A stretch of DNA of 64,000 nucleotides from Candidatus Latescibacterota bacterium (lineage in GTDB: Bacteria; Latescibacterota; UBA2968; GCA-2709665), in assembly GCA_965226795.1 (NCBI GenBank), contig CBDDDZ010000005.1:224001-288000 (forward strand). The letters are read 5' to 3'. This document shows, piece by piece, positions 28,572 to 38,214 of this stretch (position 1 is its first letter; the number at the start of each line of letters is the position of its first letter). The notes below the pieces were generated by a model that was not told the origin of the DNA, did no database searches, and worked only from the letters and a program-made list of their open reading frames with translations. The translations under genes were made by a program, and so were the position numbers.

Positions 28572-29588
28572 ATGAAGGTCATCTATTCCGCGAACCACAG
28601 GCGGCATTCGCCGCCGTTTCAGTTTGTCGCAGGCGGGCTGAAGCCATATCCGGAGGTCCCGGCGCGGGCGGAGGCGATTCTGCGCGCCATCGAAGGGACG
28701 CACGAGGTGATGCCGCCGCGAGGGTTTTCGATGGATGCCGTCCGCGCCGTGCACGAAGCGGGATATCTGCGCTTCCTGGAACGGGCCCACGCGGCGTGGG
28801 TCGAGCGCGGCGGAGGGAACGAAACCGGATTGATACCGGATACCTTCGCCGCGCGCGCGTCGTCCCGAAAGCCGCGCGATCCTGTGCACCAGGCGGGGTA
28901 CTACGGCTTCGAGACACAGACGCCGATTCTGGCGCACACCTTCGCGGCGGCGCGCGAGGCCACGTTCTGCGCGCTGACCGGCGCAGCGATGCTGCTGGAG
29001 GGAGAGTCCCCGGTCTACGCGCTCAGCCGTCCTCCTGGCCATCACGCGGCGGGCGACCTGTACGGCGGCTATTGCTATCTCAATCACGCCGCGGTTGCGG
29101 CGAGATATCTCAGCGCGGGTGGACGGGTGGCCGTGCTGGACGTGGACTATCACCACGGGAATGGCACGCAGTCGATCTTCTACGCGTCGGATGCGGTTCT
29201 GTTCGTTTCGATCCACGCGGACCCGAACTGCGAGTATCCCTATTTCAGCGGGTATGCGGATGAGGCGGGTTCGGGCACCGGGCAAGGGTTGAACGTGAAT
29301 CTGCCGCTTTCCATCGGCACGGGCGACACGTCGTACCTTGAGACGCTGGACCGGGCGCTGAACGAAGTGGATCGGTTCGCGCCCGCCTTTCTGGTGGTTT
29401 CGCTGGGTGTGGATATCTCCCGGGATGACCCGCTGGGTAAGTTCGACCTGCCGGTTTCTACGTTCCAGGCAATCGGGCTGCGACTGGCCCGGGCGGATCT
29501 TCCGACACTGCTGGTGCAGGAAGGCGGATACGCCCTGGACGCCGTTGGCGCGTGTGTGCAGAATGTGCTTGATGGATTTGGGCGTTAG
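28572..29588 (+). CDS. Histone deacetylase family protein (acetylpolyamine amidohydrolase-like)
   Basis: RPPGHHA, GGYCYLN, LDVDYHHGNGTQ, SLGVD, QEGGY. Confidence 0.92.
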   Translation: MKVIYSANHRRHSPPFQFVAGGLKPYPEVPARAEAILRAIEGTHEVMPPRGFSMDAVRAVHEAGYLRFLERAHAAWVERGGGNETGLIPDTFAARASSRKPRDPVHQAGYYGFETQTPILAHTFAAAREATFCALTGAAMLLEGESPVYALSRPPGHHAAGDLYGGYCYLNHAAVAARYLSAGGRVAVLDVDYHHGNGTQSIFYASDAVLFVSIHADPNCEYPYFSGYADEAGSGTGQGLNVNLPLSIGTGDTSYLETLDRALNEVDRFAPAFLVVSLGVDISRDDPLGKFDLPVSTFQAIGLRLARADLPTLLVQEGGYALDAVGACVQNVLDGFGR

Positions 29589-29681
29589 GCGTTAATTGTC
29601 CGTTCGGACAACCCGAACGAAAATACGCAGTTTCGGCGCCATTGCGTCGTTGGCGTCCGCGTTGGCTGGCGAAAGGCGGAA

Positions 29682-30431
29682 GTGATGATTCTTGCTGAAA
29701 TGACGTCCCCCGAAATCGACGCCCTGCCGCGGGATATTGTGGTTCTGATGCCTGTGGCATCCTGTGAACAGCACAGCCTGCATCTGCCCGTGTTTACCGA
29801 CAGCCTGATCGGTGGCGAGGTGGCCAGGCGGGTGCACGAGCGCTGCCCGGACGACGTGCTGGTGCTGCCGGTGCAGTGGCTGGGGTACTCCCGGCATCAC
29901 ATCCGATATCCCGGCACGGTGAGTGCCGTGTCCCAGACGCATCTGCTTCTGATGATGGACATCGCGGCATCGATGGTGGGGCACGGATTTCGGAAGATTC
30001 TGATTCAGAACAGCCATGGCGGGAACGGCGCGAATATCTCGGTGCTGCTACAGCGGCTGATGGAACGGTACCCCGACGGCAACGTGGAGTTTTACTCACG
30101 CTGGGCGTGGGCCTCCGGCGATACGCTCAACAGGATACGCCAACTCGGTTCCGGCGGTTCCGGCCATGCCGGTGAGACGGAGACGTCGATGATCCTGGCG
30201 ATCCGTCCTGAACTCGTGCGCACGGACCGGCTGGATGCGGATGGCGAGCGGGACGGCATGCGGGTGCCTGGCGTGGCGTCCTATTATCGATTCGATCAGC
30301 GCACGAGGCACGGCGGCGTTGGCGACCCCACGGTTGCAAGCGCCGAGAACGGGGAGCGCATGCTGGATGCTTCCGCGGATGAGGTCGCTGAACACGTGCG
30401 GCAGATTCGGGCCCTGAAGCCGTTCAGTTAG
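29682..30431 (+). CDS. Creatininase-family amidohydrolase
   Basis: EQHSLHLP..TD, NSHGGN, HAGETETS, GDP..AS.E.G. Confidence 0.92.
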   Translation: MMILAEMTSPEIDALPRDIVVLMPVASCEQHSLHLPVFTDSLIGGEVARRVHERCPDDVLVLPVQWLGYSRHHIRYPGTVSAVSQTHLLLMMDIAASMVGHGFRKILIQNSHGGNGANISVLLQRLMERYPDGNVEFYSRWAWASGDTLNRIRQLGSGGSGHAGETETSMILAIRPELVRTDRLDADGERDGMRVPGVASYYRFDQRTRHGGVGDPTVASAENGERMLDASADEVAEHVRQIRALKPFS

Positions 30432-30571
30432 GAACTGTCTTGGAATTCCTGGACCTTTCGGACATTTAGGGCAACCCGCCGGCCTATGCCGCGGTCTGCC
30501 TCCAGATCCTATGGCAGATGGCCAGGATCACTTGAATTCAGCAGGTTGAAAAAACACCCGGAGGAAACGGC

Positions 30572-31363
30572 ATGCGCAGGAATAGATTGAGTGAGTTGCT
30601 GAAGGCGGATCGGCCCAGTCTGGGGACCCACGTTCACAGCCCATGGCCGACCGTGATGGAACTGGTCGGAATATCCGGAATGTTCGACTACGTGGAATAC
30701 GTGTCGGAGTACGCACCGTACGACCTGCATACGTTCGAGAATCTTGCCAGGGCGATCGAGTTGTACGATATGTCATCGATGATCAAGGTGGAGCAGGAAC
30801 CGAGAGCGCACCTTGCTTCGCGGGCAATCGGCGCCGGCATTCAGAATGTGCTGTTCGCCGACGTGCGTTCCGTCTCGGACGCGCGCGAATGCGTTAAGGC
30901 GGTGCGTGCAGAAACGCCGGCTGCCGGAGGGCAGCACGGAGCCAGCATGCGCCGGACAATGCAGTTCGGGATGGCCGGTGGCCTGCCCGAGTTCGTGGAT
31001 GCCATGGAGGATGTCGTGATTGCCGTGATGATCGAAAAGGCGCCGGCGGTGGAGAATCTGGAGGCGTTGCTGTCCGTTGGCGGCGTGGATATGGTGCAGT
31101 TCGGACCGAGCGATTATTCCATGAGTATCGGGCATCCCGGCGAATATGGACACGAGAGAGTCAGAGAGGCGGAGGGGTTCGTCATCGAGACTTCGCTGAA
31201 GATGGGCGTGGCGCCGCGCGCGGAAATCAGCAGTCCGGACCAGGCCAGACGATATCTGGATATGGGGGTGAAACACTTCTGTATCGGTACGGATGTCAGC
31301 ATCCTGATGGACTGGTTCCGTACGCGGGGAGATGAGATGCGGCGGGTGCTGGAAGGCGCATGA
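30572..31363 (+). CDS. HpcH/HpaI aldolase family protein
   Basis: FDYV...EYAP, MIE...AVENLE.LL.V.GVD...FGPSD.S.SIG. Confidence 0.88.
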   Translation: MRRNRLSELLKADRPSLGTHVHSPWPTVMELVGISGMFDYVEYVSEYAPYDLHTFENLARAIELYDMSSMIKVEQEPRAHLASRAIGAGIQNVLFADVRSVSDARECVKAVRAETPAAGGQHGASMRRTMQFGMAGGLPEFVDAMEDVVIAVMIEKAPAVENLEALLSVGGVDMVQFGPSDYSMSIGHPGEYGHERVREAEGFVIETSLKMGVAPRAEISSPDQARRYLDMGVKHFCIGTDVSILMDWFRTRGDEMRRVLEGA

Positions 31364-31553
31364 TGTTTCCAGCCGGACCCCTAACGAATTTCATTGCGGC
31401 GGTCACTGCGATTTCAGGGTTGCCCGGACCGACAGGAATCGAACATGAAGTACATATCCATCTGCTTTTCGCGGCGTCGGGATAACGACAGGTGCCGCGG
31501 ATTCAAGAGGCATGTTCGCTAAGCGCGACAGGCCGGAGGGAGGCGATTTTGTG

Positions 31554-32610
31554 ATGGCAGCGGATTCAACTGAAGTCGATCGGTCGGATCCTCACAGTCT
31601 CTGGAACGTGGATAGTCCTCGTATGCACGTGGGCACGCAGCGGTTCGACACAACGGACGAGCATCTGGCGTTTCTCTCTCGCCTTGGCGTGAACAGTATG
31701 GCCGCGAACGATATCACGTTCGATCGCGAGCGGGGTTGGGATGCCGAGGAACTTGCGGAGAAACGCGAGAAATGCCGGCGTTTCGGCGTCGACCTGGAAA
31801 TGGTGGCGTTGCCTCTCCACCAGTTCAACGACGACGGCGGGTCGACGCCCAACTATATGCTGGGGAATTGGAAAAAGGGAGAGAAGGAGATCGACCGCGT
31901 CTGCAGAATGGTGCAGGCGACGGCCGATGCCGGCATTCCGGCAATCAAGTATTTCCTGTGTGAGATGGAAAACCAGCGCACGGAAAGCGTGCCGCTCGGG
32001 CGTGGAGGCGCGCGGTATTCCACCTGGGATCTGTCGAAGGCCGATGCCGATACGCCGCGTTATGATAAACCCGTGACCGCCGAGGAGAACTGGGAACGGG
32101 TGACGTTCTTCCTGGAGCGCGTGATTCCCGTTGCGGAGGCGTGCAAGGTGCGCATGGCGTGTCATCCCTGCGATCCCTGGCTGCCGCCGGGATACAAGGG
32201 CGTGGACCGCGTCCTGGGCGGGGCGGAGGGTTTCAAGCATTTTATAGACATCTGTCCCAGTCCCTATCACGGCCTGAATCTCTGCCTGGGCTGCATGGCC
32301 GAAAGCGTGGAGGATCCTGCCCGGGAGGTGCCCGATATCATCCGATATTTCGGTGAACGAAAGAAGATCCATCTGATCCACTTTCGTAATATCTTCGGCG
32401 GACGCAACAAGTTCCAGGAGGTCTGGCCCGACGAGGGCGACATGAATATGTTCACGCTGATGCAGGCGCTGAAAGAAGTCGGGTATCCGCACATGGTGGT
32501 GCCGGACCACGCGCCAGGCCACAGCGCGCCCGGGCAGCTTCGAACAGGCGTTCGCCTTCCAGTTCGGCTATATCAAGGCGATGATGCAGGCGGTGTTCTC
32601 GGCTGCGTGA
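31554..32610 (+). CDS. Mannonate dehydratase (UxuA)-family protein with an apparent +1 frameshift near 32531
   Basis: MACHPCDP, HFRNI, DEGD.NM, PDH. The expected C-terminus FAFQFGYIKAMMQAV lies in the next frame. Confidence 0.85.
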
Positions 32611-32722
32611 GGACGGGCGGATATCTGCAGGTCCGACCGGAACATACGATACGTCCCGCCAGTGCAGCATCGGGATGTCGTTGGTCGTTCGAGGCAGACC
32701 GTGTACCCGTGGAGTCGTGACG

Positions 32723-33061
32723 ATGTTTGATACGAGTGTATTCGATCGGGCTCTGGAGAAACGGAGAGAGAAGCGAAACCGGGAGAGAGCGGAATGTCTG
32801 CGTTCCGTTACCGAAACCCTGCATTGGATCCGGAACCAATACGACATTGGCGAGGCTTATGTTACGGGGTCGCTTCTGGTTGAACACAGGTGGAAACAGA
32901 CTTCCGACGTCGATGTGGCTGTTGGCGGCTGCTCGGGGTCGGTCCTCGACGTGATGAAGGCGTTGGAAGATGCCACGGGCAGGGTTGTGGACGTCATTGA
33001 TCTTGACACGCATCCGTTTCCGGAAACGATCAAGGAAAAGGGCTGGAAGGTATATGGATGA
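32723..33061 (+). CDS. Minimal nucleotidyltransferase (MNT) antitoxin
   Basis: YVTGSL..SDVDVAV..VDVIDL, about 112 aa, overlapping the next gene. Confidence 0.85.
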   Translation: MFDTSVFDRALEKRREKRNRERAECLRSVTETLHWIRNQYDIGEAYVTGSLLVEHRWKQTSDVDVAVGGCSGSVLDVMKALEDATGRVVDVIDLDTHPFPETIKEKGWKVYG

Positions 33062-33515
33062 AGCCAGGATCGCCATCCTGAAGGCGGAAATCGATTCACG
33101 CGAGCGTGACATCGACCGCATTTGCGAACGGATCGAACAGCGCGCAGGAATTTTTCGCGAAACGGCCGAGAGTGTCGACAGTATGGCCTATCAGATCCAC
33201 AACCTCTATTCCGCTTTCGAGCAGCTGTTCGAGACAGTTGTCCATTTCTTCGAGAACCGGCTCGAAGAGGAGAGGTATCATATAGACCTTTTGCGACGAA
33301 TGCGCCTCGAAATCGAAGGCATCAGGCCTGCTCTGGTATCCGATGGCGCCTTTGATCTGCTGGATGAACTGCGCAGGTTCCGGCATTTTTTCAGGCACGC
33401 GTACACGGCCGAATTGAACCCTGATACGTTGGACGATCTTCTCGGCAAGGTCCGTCGCCTGAGAGAGATTCACTGGCAGGACGTAGAAGAATTCATGGAG
33501 CGGATCAGGCCATAG
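33054..33515 (+). CDS. HEPN (HepT-like) ribonuclease toxin
   Basis: HNLYSAFE, YHIDLL, RFRHFFRHAY. Confidence 0.85.
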   Translation: MDEARIAILKAEIDSRERDIDRICERIEQRAGIFRETAESVDSMAYQIHNLYSAFEQLFETVVHFFENRLEEERYHIDLLRRMRLEIEGIRPALVSDGAFDLLDELRRFRHFFRHAYTAELNPDTLDDLLGKVRRLREIHWQDVEEFMERIRP

Positions 33516-33684
33516 GAAAAACGCGGTTTGTGGCCGCCGGCCTGTGCTTGAGGCACCCAGGTTTCCGATCTGCCAGTCCGGTGAATAGGCCATACGCGAG
33601 ATCGGAAGCCACCTGGTTTCCACGGTTCCCGCAGACGATGCGGTCGAACATATTGAAAAACCGGTAAGTGGAAGGCGTTGTAAA

Positions 33685-34509
33685 ATGGAGGGTAAGGTAA
33701 ATCTGTTTTCTCTGCAAGGGCGCGTCGCTCTGGTGACGGGAGCCGGACGGGGGATCGGGCATGGTGTCGCGAAGGGCCTGGCGGCGCACGGCGCCCGGTG
33801 TGTCTGCGCGGCGAGGACCCGTTCGCAACTGGACGAAACCGTGGCGGCGATCGAAGCGGCAGGAGGCGACGCCCTGGCTGTGGAAATGGATATGGCTGAC
33901 CTGGACTCCGTCAAGCGGGGGGTGGAGACAACCTGCGCGCACTATGGGCAACTGGACATTCTGGTGAATAACGCCGGGATGAATATCCGGGAGCCGCTGG
34001 ACGCGGTTACCGAGGAACATTACGATCGGATTATGGCAGTGAATCTGAAGGGACTTTATTTCCTGACACAGTTGGCCGCCAAACTCATGATGCCTCGAAA
34101 GCAGGGCAAAGTCATCAATATCGGCTCCCTGACCACCGGAATCGCGCTGCACGGCGTGTCGGTCTATACCGCCACCAAGGGGGCCGTGGGTCAGCTGACG
34201 AAGGCGCAGGCGCTCGAACTGGGACCCCACAATATCCAGGTGAATGCGATCTGCCCCGGATTTATTCTGACGCCTCTGACGGAAAAACTCTGGTCCGACC
34301 CGGCGATGCGGGCATGGGGCGAAGGCCGGACCCCCGCCGGGCGGCTGGGCATCCCGGACGACCTTGTGGGAACCGCCGTGTTTCTGGCGTCCGCCGCTTC
34401 GGATTACGTAACGGGCCAGCACATCTACGTGGACGGCGGATTCATGGCGGGCGAGACGTGGCCGCTGCCCCCGAAGGCGAGTGTTCTGTCCCGAAAAAAG
34501 GTTGCCTGA
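33685..34509 (+). CDS. Short-chain dehydrogenase/reductase (gluconate 5-dehydrogenase-like)
   Basis: TGAGRGIG, NNAG, YTATK, NAICPG, VDGG. Confidence 0.92.
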   Translation: MEGKVNLFSLQGRVALVTGAGRGIGHGVAKGLAAHGARCVCAARTRSQLDETVAAIEAAGGDALAVEMDMADLDSVKRGVETTCAHYGQLDILVNNAGMNIREPLDAVTEEHYDRIMAVNLKGLYFLTQLAAKLMMPRKQGKVINIGSLTTGIALHGVSVYTATKGAVGQLTKAQALELGPHNIQVNAICPGFILTPLTEKLWSDPAMRAWGEGRTPAGRLGIPDDLVGTAVFLASAASDYVTGQHIYVDGGFMAGETWPLPPKASVLSRKKVA

Positions 34510-34643
34510 ATTCGGCCGCCGAGTCGCCGGTCTCGCAAGGCGCCTGAGCGCAGGCGACCTGCGTAAGGTCTGCGAGCGAAGGCAACGTAGCGAGACGTGA
34601 TGAATCGGCGGGAGAATGGTGAGATATTTTCGGGACAGGACAC
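34481..34643. mobile_element. MITE-like element overlapping the SDR 3' end
   Basis: Terminal inverted repeats GTGTTCTGTCCCGAAAA / TTTTCGGGACAGGACAC (16/17 match) plus an inner inverted repeat. A partial copy lies at about 26534-26583. Confidence 0.7.
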
Positions 34644-34661
34644 CAAATAAGGCGCACGTCG

Positions 34662-35258
34662 ATGGATGCAGACAGGATCGAACAACAGATCGCTTTCGTT
34701 ACCGAGATCGACAGGTTGAAGCAGGTGCTCCGGCGGACTTATCTGATCGACGGCAAACGCCGGGAGAACGACGCGGAACATTCATGGCACCTGGCGGTGA
34801 TGGCCGTGCTGCTTTCGGAGTACGCGCGGGAAGAACCGGATCTGCTGAAGGTCGTGAAAATGCTTTTGTTTCACGACGTCGTTGAGATCGACGCTGGCGA
34901 CACCTCGCTTTACGACGAGGCGGGACACGCCGATAAAACCGAGAGGGAGCGCCGCGCCGCCGAGCGGATTTTCAATCTGCTGCCGGCCGATTTGGCCAGG
35001 GATGTGTTTGCGTTGTGGGAGGAGTTTGAAGCTCGTGAGACTCCGGAGGCGAAGTACGCGCAAGCCCTGGACAGGCTACAGCCGATCCTGCTGAACTACG
35101 GATCAGGCGGGATCGCATGGCGGGAGCACGACATCAGTTCGGAGCAGGTAATTGCTCGAAATCGGCATATCGAAGCGGGATCGCCGGCCCTGTGGACGTA
35201 CGTCCGGGAGTTGATCGACCGGGCTGAGAAACAGGGGTATCTGGCATCGGAGGCCTGA
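34662..35258 (+). CDS. HD-domain phosphohydrolase (HDDC2/YfbR-like)
   Basis: RENDAEHSWH, HDVVEIDAGD, LWEEFE, ALDRLQP. Confidence 0.9.
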   Translation: MDADRIEQQIAFVTEIDRLKQVLRRTYLIDGKRRENDAEHSWHLAVMAVLLSEYAREEPDLLKVVKMLLFHDVVEIDAGDTSLYDEAGHADKTERERRAAERIFNLLPADLARDVFALWEEFEARETPEAKYAQALDRLQPILLNYGSGGIAWREHDISSEQVIARNRHIEAGSPALWTYVRELIDRAEKQGYLASEA

Positions 35259-35304
35259 TCCACGCGTGGGCAGTGCGGACCGGGTTTAACAGGAGGTTCG
35301 GGTT

Positions 35305-36366
35305 ATGGCACAACAACAGGCGGAATCGATGTGGTTTTACGTGGGTGGCGCCGGTATCTCGGTCTACCGTCTGGATCTTTCCAGCGGGGATCTGGCGCAT
35401 GTGAGTACGGTATCGGACGTGAAGAATCCTTCATTTCAGGCCATCCATCCGACGAACGGGTTCCTTTATTCGGTGGCGGAGGTACAGGAGGGCGGGGCGT
35501 TACACGCGTTCGCCATCAATCCGGCCACGGGAGCGTTGCGTTCGCTGAACCACCAGTCGTGTACGGGCGCAGGGCCGTGCCACGTCAGCGTAGACGCAAC
35601 CGGAAGCGTGGCGCTCGTGGCGAATTATTCGAGCGGGGGTGTGGCGGCGCTGCCCATCCGGGAGGACGGGAGCCTGGGCGAGGCCACTTCCGTTTTTCAG
35701 CACGAGGGTTCCAGCACGCATCCGGGCCGGCAACAGGGACCGCACGCACATTCAATTACGATCGATCCGGGAAATCGATACGCCGTGTCAGCGGATCTCG
35801 GAATCGACAAGGTACTGGTCTATCGGCTGGATCCGGAAAACGGGACGATAACGCCGAACGACCCACCGTGGGTGGACGTTCAGGCGGGCGCGGGTCCCAG
35901 ACATTTCGCGTTCCACCCGAACCGGAAATACGCCTACCTGATCAATGAACTTGACAATACGGCCGTGGCATACGCCTATAACGAAAGCCGGGGGGTTCTG
36001 GAGACCGTTCAGGTGATTTCCACGCTGCCCGGGGACTTTACGGATACCAGTTATTGCGCGGATATACACGTGTCGCCCGACGGGCGTTTCGTGTATGGTA
36101 CCAACCGCGGGCACGACAGTATCGTGATTTTCAAAGTCGACGCGGCGACAGGCAAGCTCTCGTTCGTGGACTTCGAGTCGACCCGCGGCGAGTTCCCGAG
36201 AAATTTCGCGCTGGACCCCTCCGGGCAGTTCCTGTTCGCCGCCAACCAGAATACGGACAATATCTTCACGTATCGAATCGATGCGCGTACCGGCAGGCTC
36301 ACGCCGACGGGGCAGGAGGTCCGGACGCCGCAACCGGTCTGCATCAACATGATTCCCGCCGCATAG
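35305..36366 (+). CDS. pgl: 6-phosphogluconolactonase-family beta-propeller lactonase
   Basis: PCHVS, VANY, PHAH, DLG.D, GAGPRH, NRGHDS, PRNF. Confidence 0.9.
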   Translation: MAQQQAESMWFYVGGAGISVYRLDLSSGDLAHVSTVSDVKNPSFQAIHPTNGFLYSVAEVQEGGALHAFAINPATGALRSLNHQSCTGAGPCHVSVDATGSVALVANYSSGGVAALPIREDGSLGEATSVFQHEGSSTHPGRQQGPHAHSITIDPGNRYAVSADLGIDKVLVYRLDPENGTITPNDPPWVDVQAGAGPRHFAFHPNRKYAYLINELDNTAVAYAYNESRGVLETVQVISTLPGDFTDTSYCADIHVSPDGRFVYGTNRGHDSIVIFKVDAATGKLSFVDFESTRGEFPRNFALDPSGQFLFAANQNTDNIFTYRIDARTGRLTPTGQEVRTPQPVCINMIPAA

Positions 36367-36542
36367 GACTGAGCGGTCTCCCGCCGGCTCCGAACCCGCT
36401 TCCATCCCGATCACATTGATCCCGGCCGGCAACGATTGCCGATTATGCGCCGCTCCGCTCGGCGCGGGACAACTGCGGACGCCCGGAAATGCCGATCGAA
36501 AGACCACGGCGGCGGGCGTTTTTTTTGGAGCAACGACAGGCA

Positions 36543-38108
36543 ATGAACATCGGCACGTTGCTGACGAAATCCGCGCGAACGTTTCCGCAGAATCTGGCCG
36601 TGGCGTGCGGCTCCAGGCGATGGACCTATGCCCGGTTCAACGAACGCGCGAACCGGTTGGCGCACGCGTTTCGCAGGCTTGGCGTCCGTCCGGGTGACCA
36701 TGTGGCCATCCTCATGCACAATCTCCCCGAAATGCTGGAATCCATGTTCGCCTGTTTCAAGCTCGGCGCCGCGGCCGTGCCGATCAATTTCCGCCTGCAT
36801 CCCAACGAATTCGCTTTTGTCATCGATCATTCGGAATCTGAAGTGGTTGTTATTTCCTCCGAATTCAACGCGCCGATTTCGCAGATCAAGGATCGCTTGC
36901 CGCGGGTTCGGCAGGTTGTCACTATTGCGGAAGCGCAAGGGGACATGCTGCACTATGAAACATTGATTCGCGCCGAACGCGCCGCGTTCGACGACGTGGA
37001 CGTGGATCCCGACGACGTGGCATGGGTGTTCTACACGTCCGGAACAACGGATCAGCCTAAAGGGGCATTGCTGACACACCGTAGTCTGCTGGCGATGACG
37101 ATGAACTTTTACGCGGACATCTGCCAGGGCTTGGGACCCGACGACGTGGCCCTGCACGCGGCCCCACTGTCGCACGGCAGCGGCCTCTATGCCCTGCCAA
37201 ACGTGGGCAAGGCCGCGGCCAATATTATTCCGGAAACTGTTTCATTTGATCCCGACCAGGTCCTCGAGGCAATCGAAGAGTACCGGGTCACCAATTTGTT
37301 CGCCGCGCCGACCATGGTTAAGCGCCTGGTGGAAAGTCCGGCGCTGCACCGGTACGACCTTCGATCGTTGAAAACCCTCAACTACGGCGGCGGACCGATG
37401 CTGGCCGAAGACCTCCGGGTTGCGATCGAAAAGCTGGGGCCTTGCCTCGTGCAGCTGTACGGCCAGGGCGAGTCTCCGATGACGATCACCTGCCTGCCCC
37501 ACCGGGACCACGTTCCGGATGGTACGCCGGAGCAGATAAAAAGACTCAGTTCGGTGGGGTTTGCACGCACCGACGTGGAGGTCAGAATCCTGGACGACGA
37601 AGGCTACGAACTTCCGGCCGGAGCCATCGGCCAGATCGTAACGCGGTCGGACCTGGTCATGAAGGGATACTGGCGGAATCCCGACGCTACCGCGGCCGCT
37701 CTGAAAGACGGCTGGCTTCACACAGGCGATGTGGGGTACATGGACGAAGATGGCTACGTTTTTCTCCTGGATCGCTCCAAGGACCTGATCATCAGCGGCG
37801 GCGAGAATATCTACCCGCGCGAGATTGAAGAGGTGCTCGTACGACACCCGGCCGTATTCGAGGTCGCGGTCATCGGTGTGCCGCATCCGGAGTGGGGCGA
37901 GGCCGTCAAGGCCGTCGTGGTTCCGAAACCCGGGTGCGACGTGTCCGGCGAGGAACTGATCGACTTCTGCAAGGGCCGAATCGCGAGTTTCAAGAAACCG
38001 GGATCGGTGGATTTTGTCGAGGAATTGCCGAAGAACAACTACGGCAAGATCGTGAAGAACCTGATAAGGGCGCCGTATTGGGGCGGCAGGGCGAGCAGGG
38101 TGATCTGA
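36543..38108 (+). CDS. Acyl-CoA synthetase (AMP-binding family)
   Basis: YTSGTTDQPKG, YGQGE, TGD, DR.KDLIISGGENIYP, GK. Confidence 0.92.
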   Translation: MNIGTLLTKSARTFPQNLAVACGSRRWTYARFNERANRLAHAFRRLGVRPGDHVAILMHNLPEMLESMFACFKLGAAAVPINFRLHPNEFAFVIDHSESEVVVISSEFNAPISQIKDRLPRVRQVVTIAEAQGDMLHYETLIRAERAAFDDVDVDPDDVAWVFYTSGTTDQPKGALLTHRSLLAMTMNFYADICQGLGPDDVALHAAPLSHGSGLYALPNVGKAAANIIPETVSFDPDQVLEAIEEYRVTNLFAAPTMVKRLVESPALHRYDLRSLKTLNYGGGPMLAEDLRVAIEKLGPCLVQLYGQGESPMTITCLPHRDHVPDGTPEQIKRLSSVGFARTDVEVRILDDEGYELPAGAIGQIVTRSDLVMKGYWRNPDATAAALKDGWLHTGDVGYMDEDGYVFLLDRSKDLIISGGENIYPREIEEVLVRHPAVFEVAVIGVPHPEWGEAVKAVVVPKPGCDVSGEELIDFCKGRIASFKKPGSVDFVEELPKNNYGKIVKNLIRAPYWGGRASRVI

Positions 38109-38214
38109 CGGATAGTCTTGATGCTTACGGGATATTGCCAGGGCCGGGAAGCGTCACTTCCCTTTGTTCCCGCGCTCTCCGGTCGAAACGAAACGGGTGC
38201 CGAGGCGATATACG

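Noticed and set aside
32611..32720. C-terminal extension of the 31512-32720 ORF
   Set aside because: Product of the frameshift near 32531; the real terminus is at 32610.
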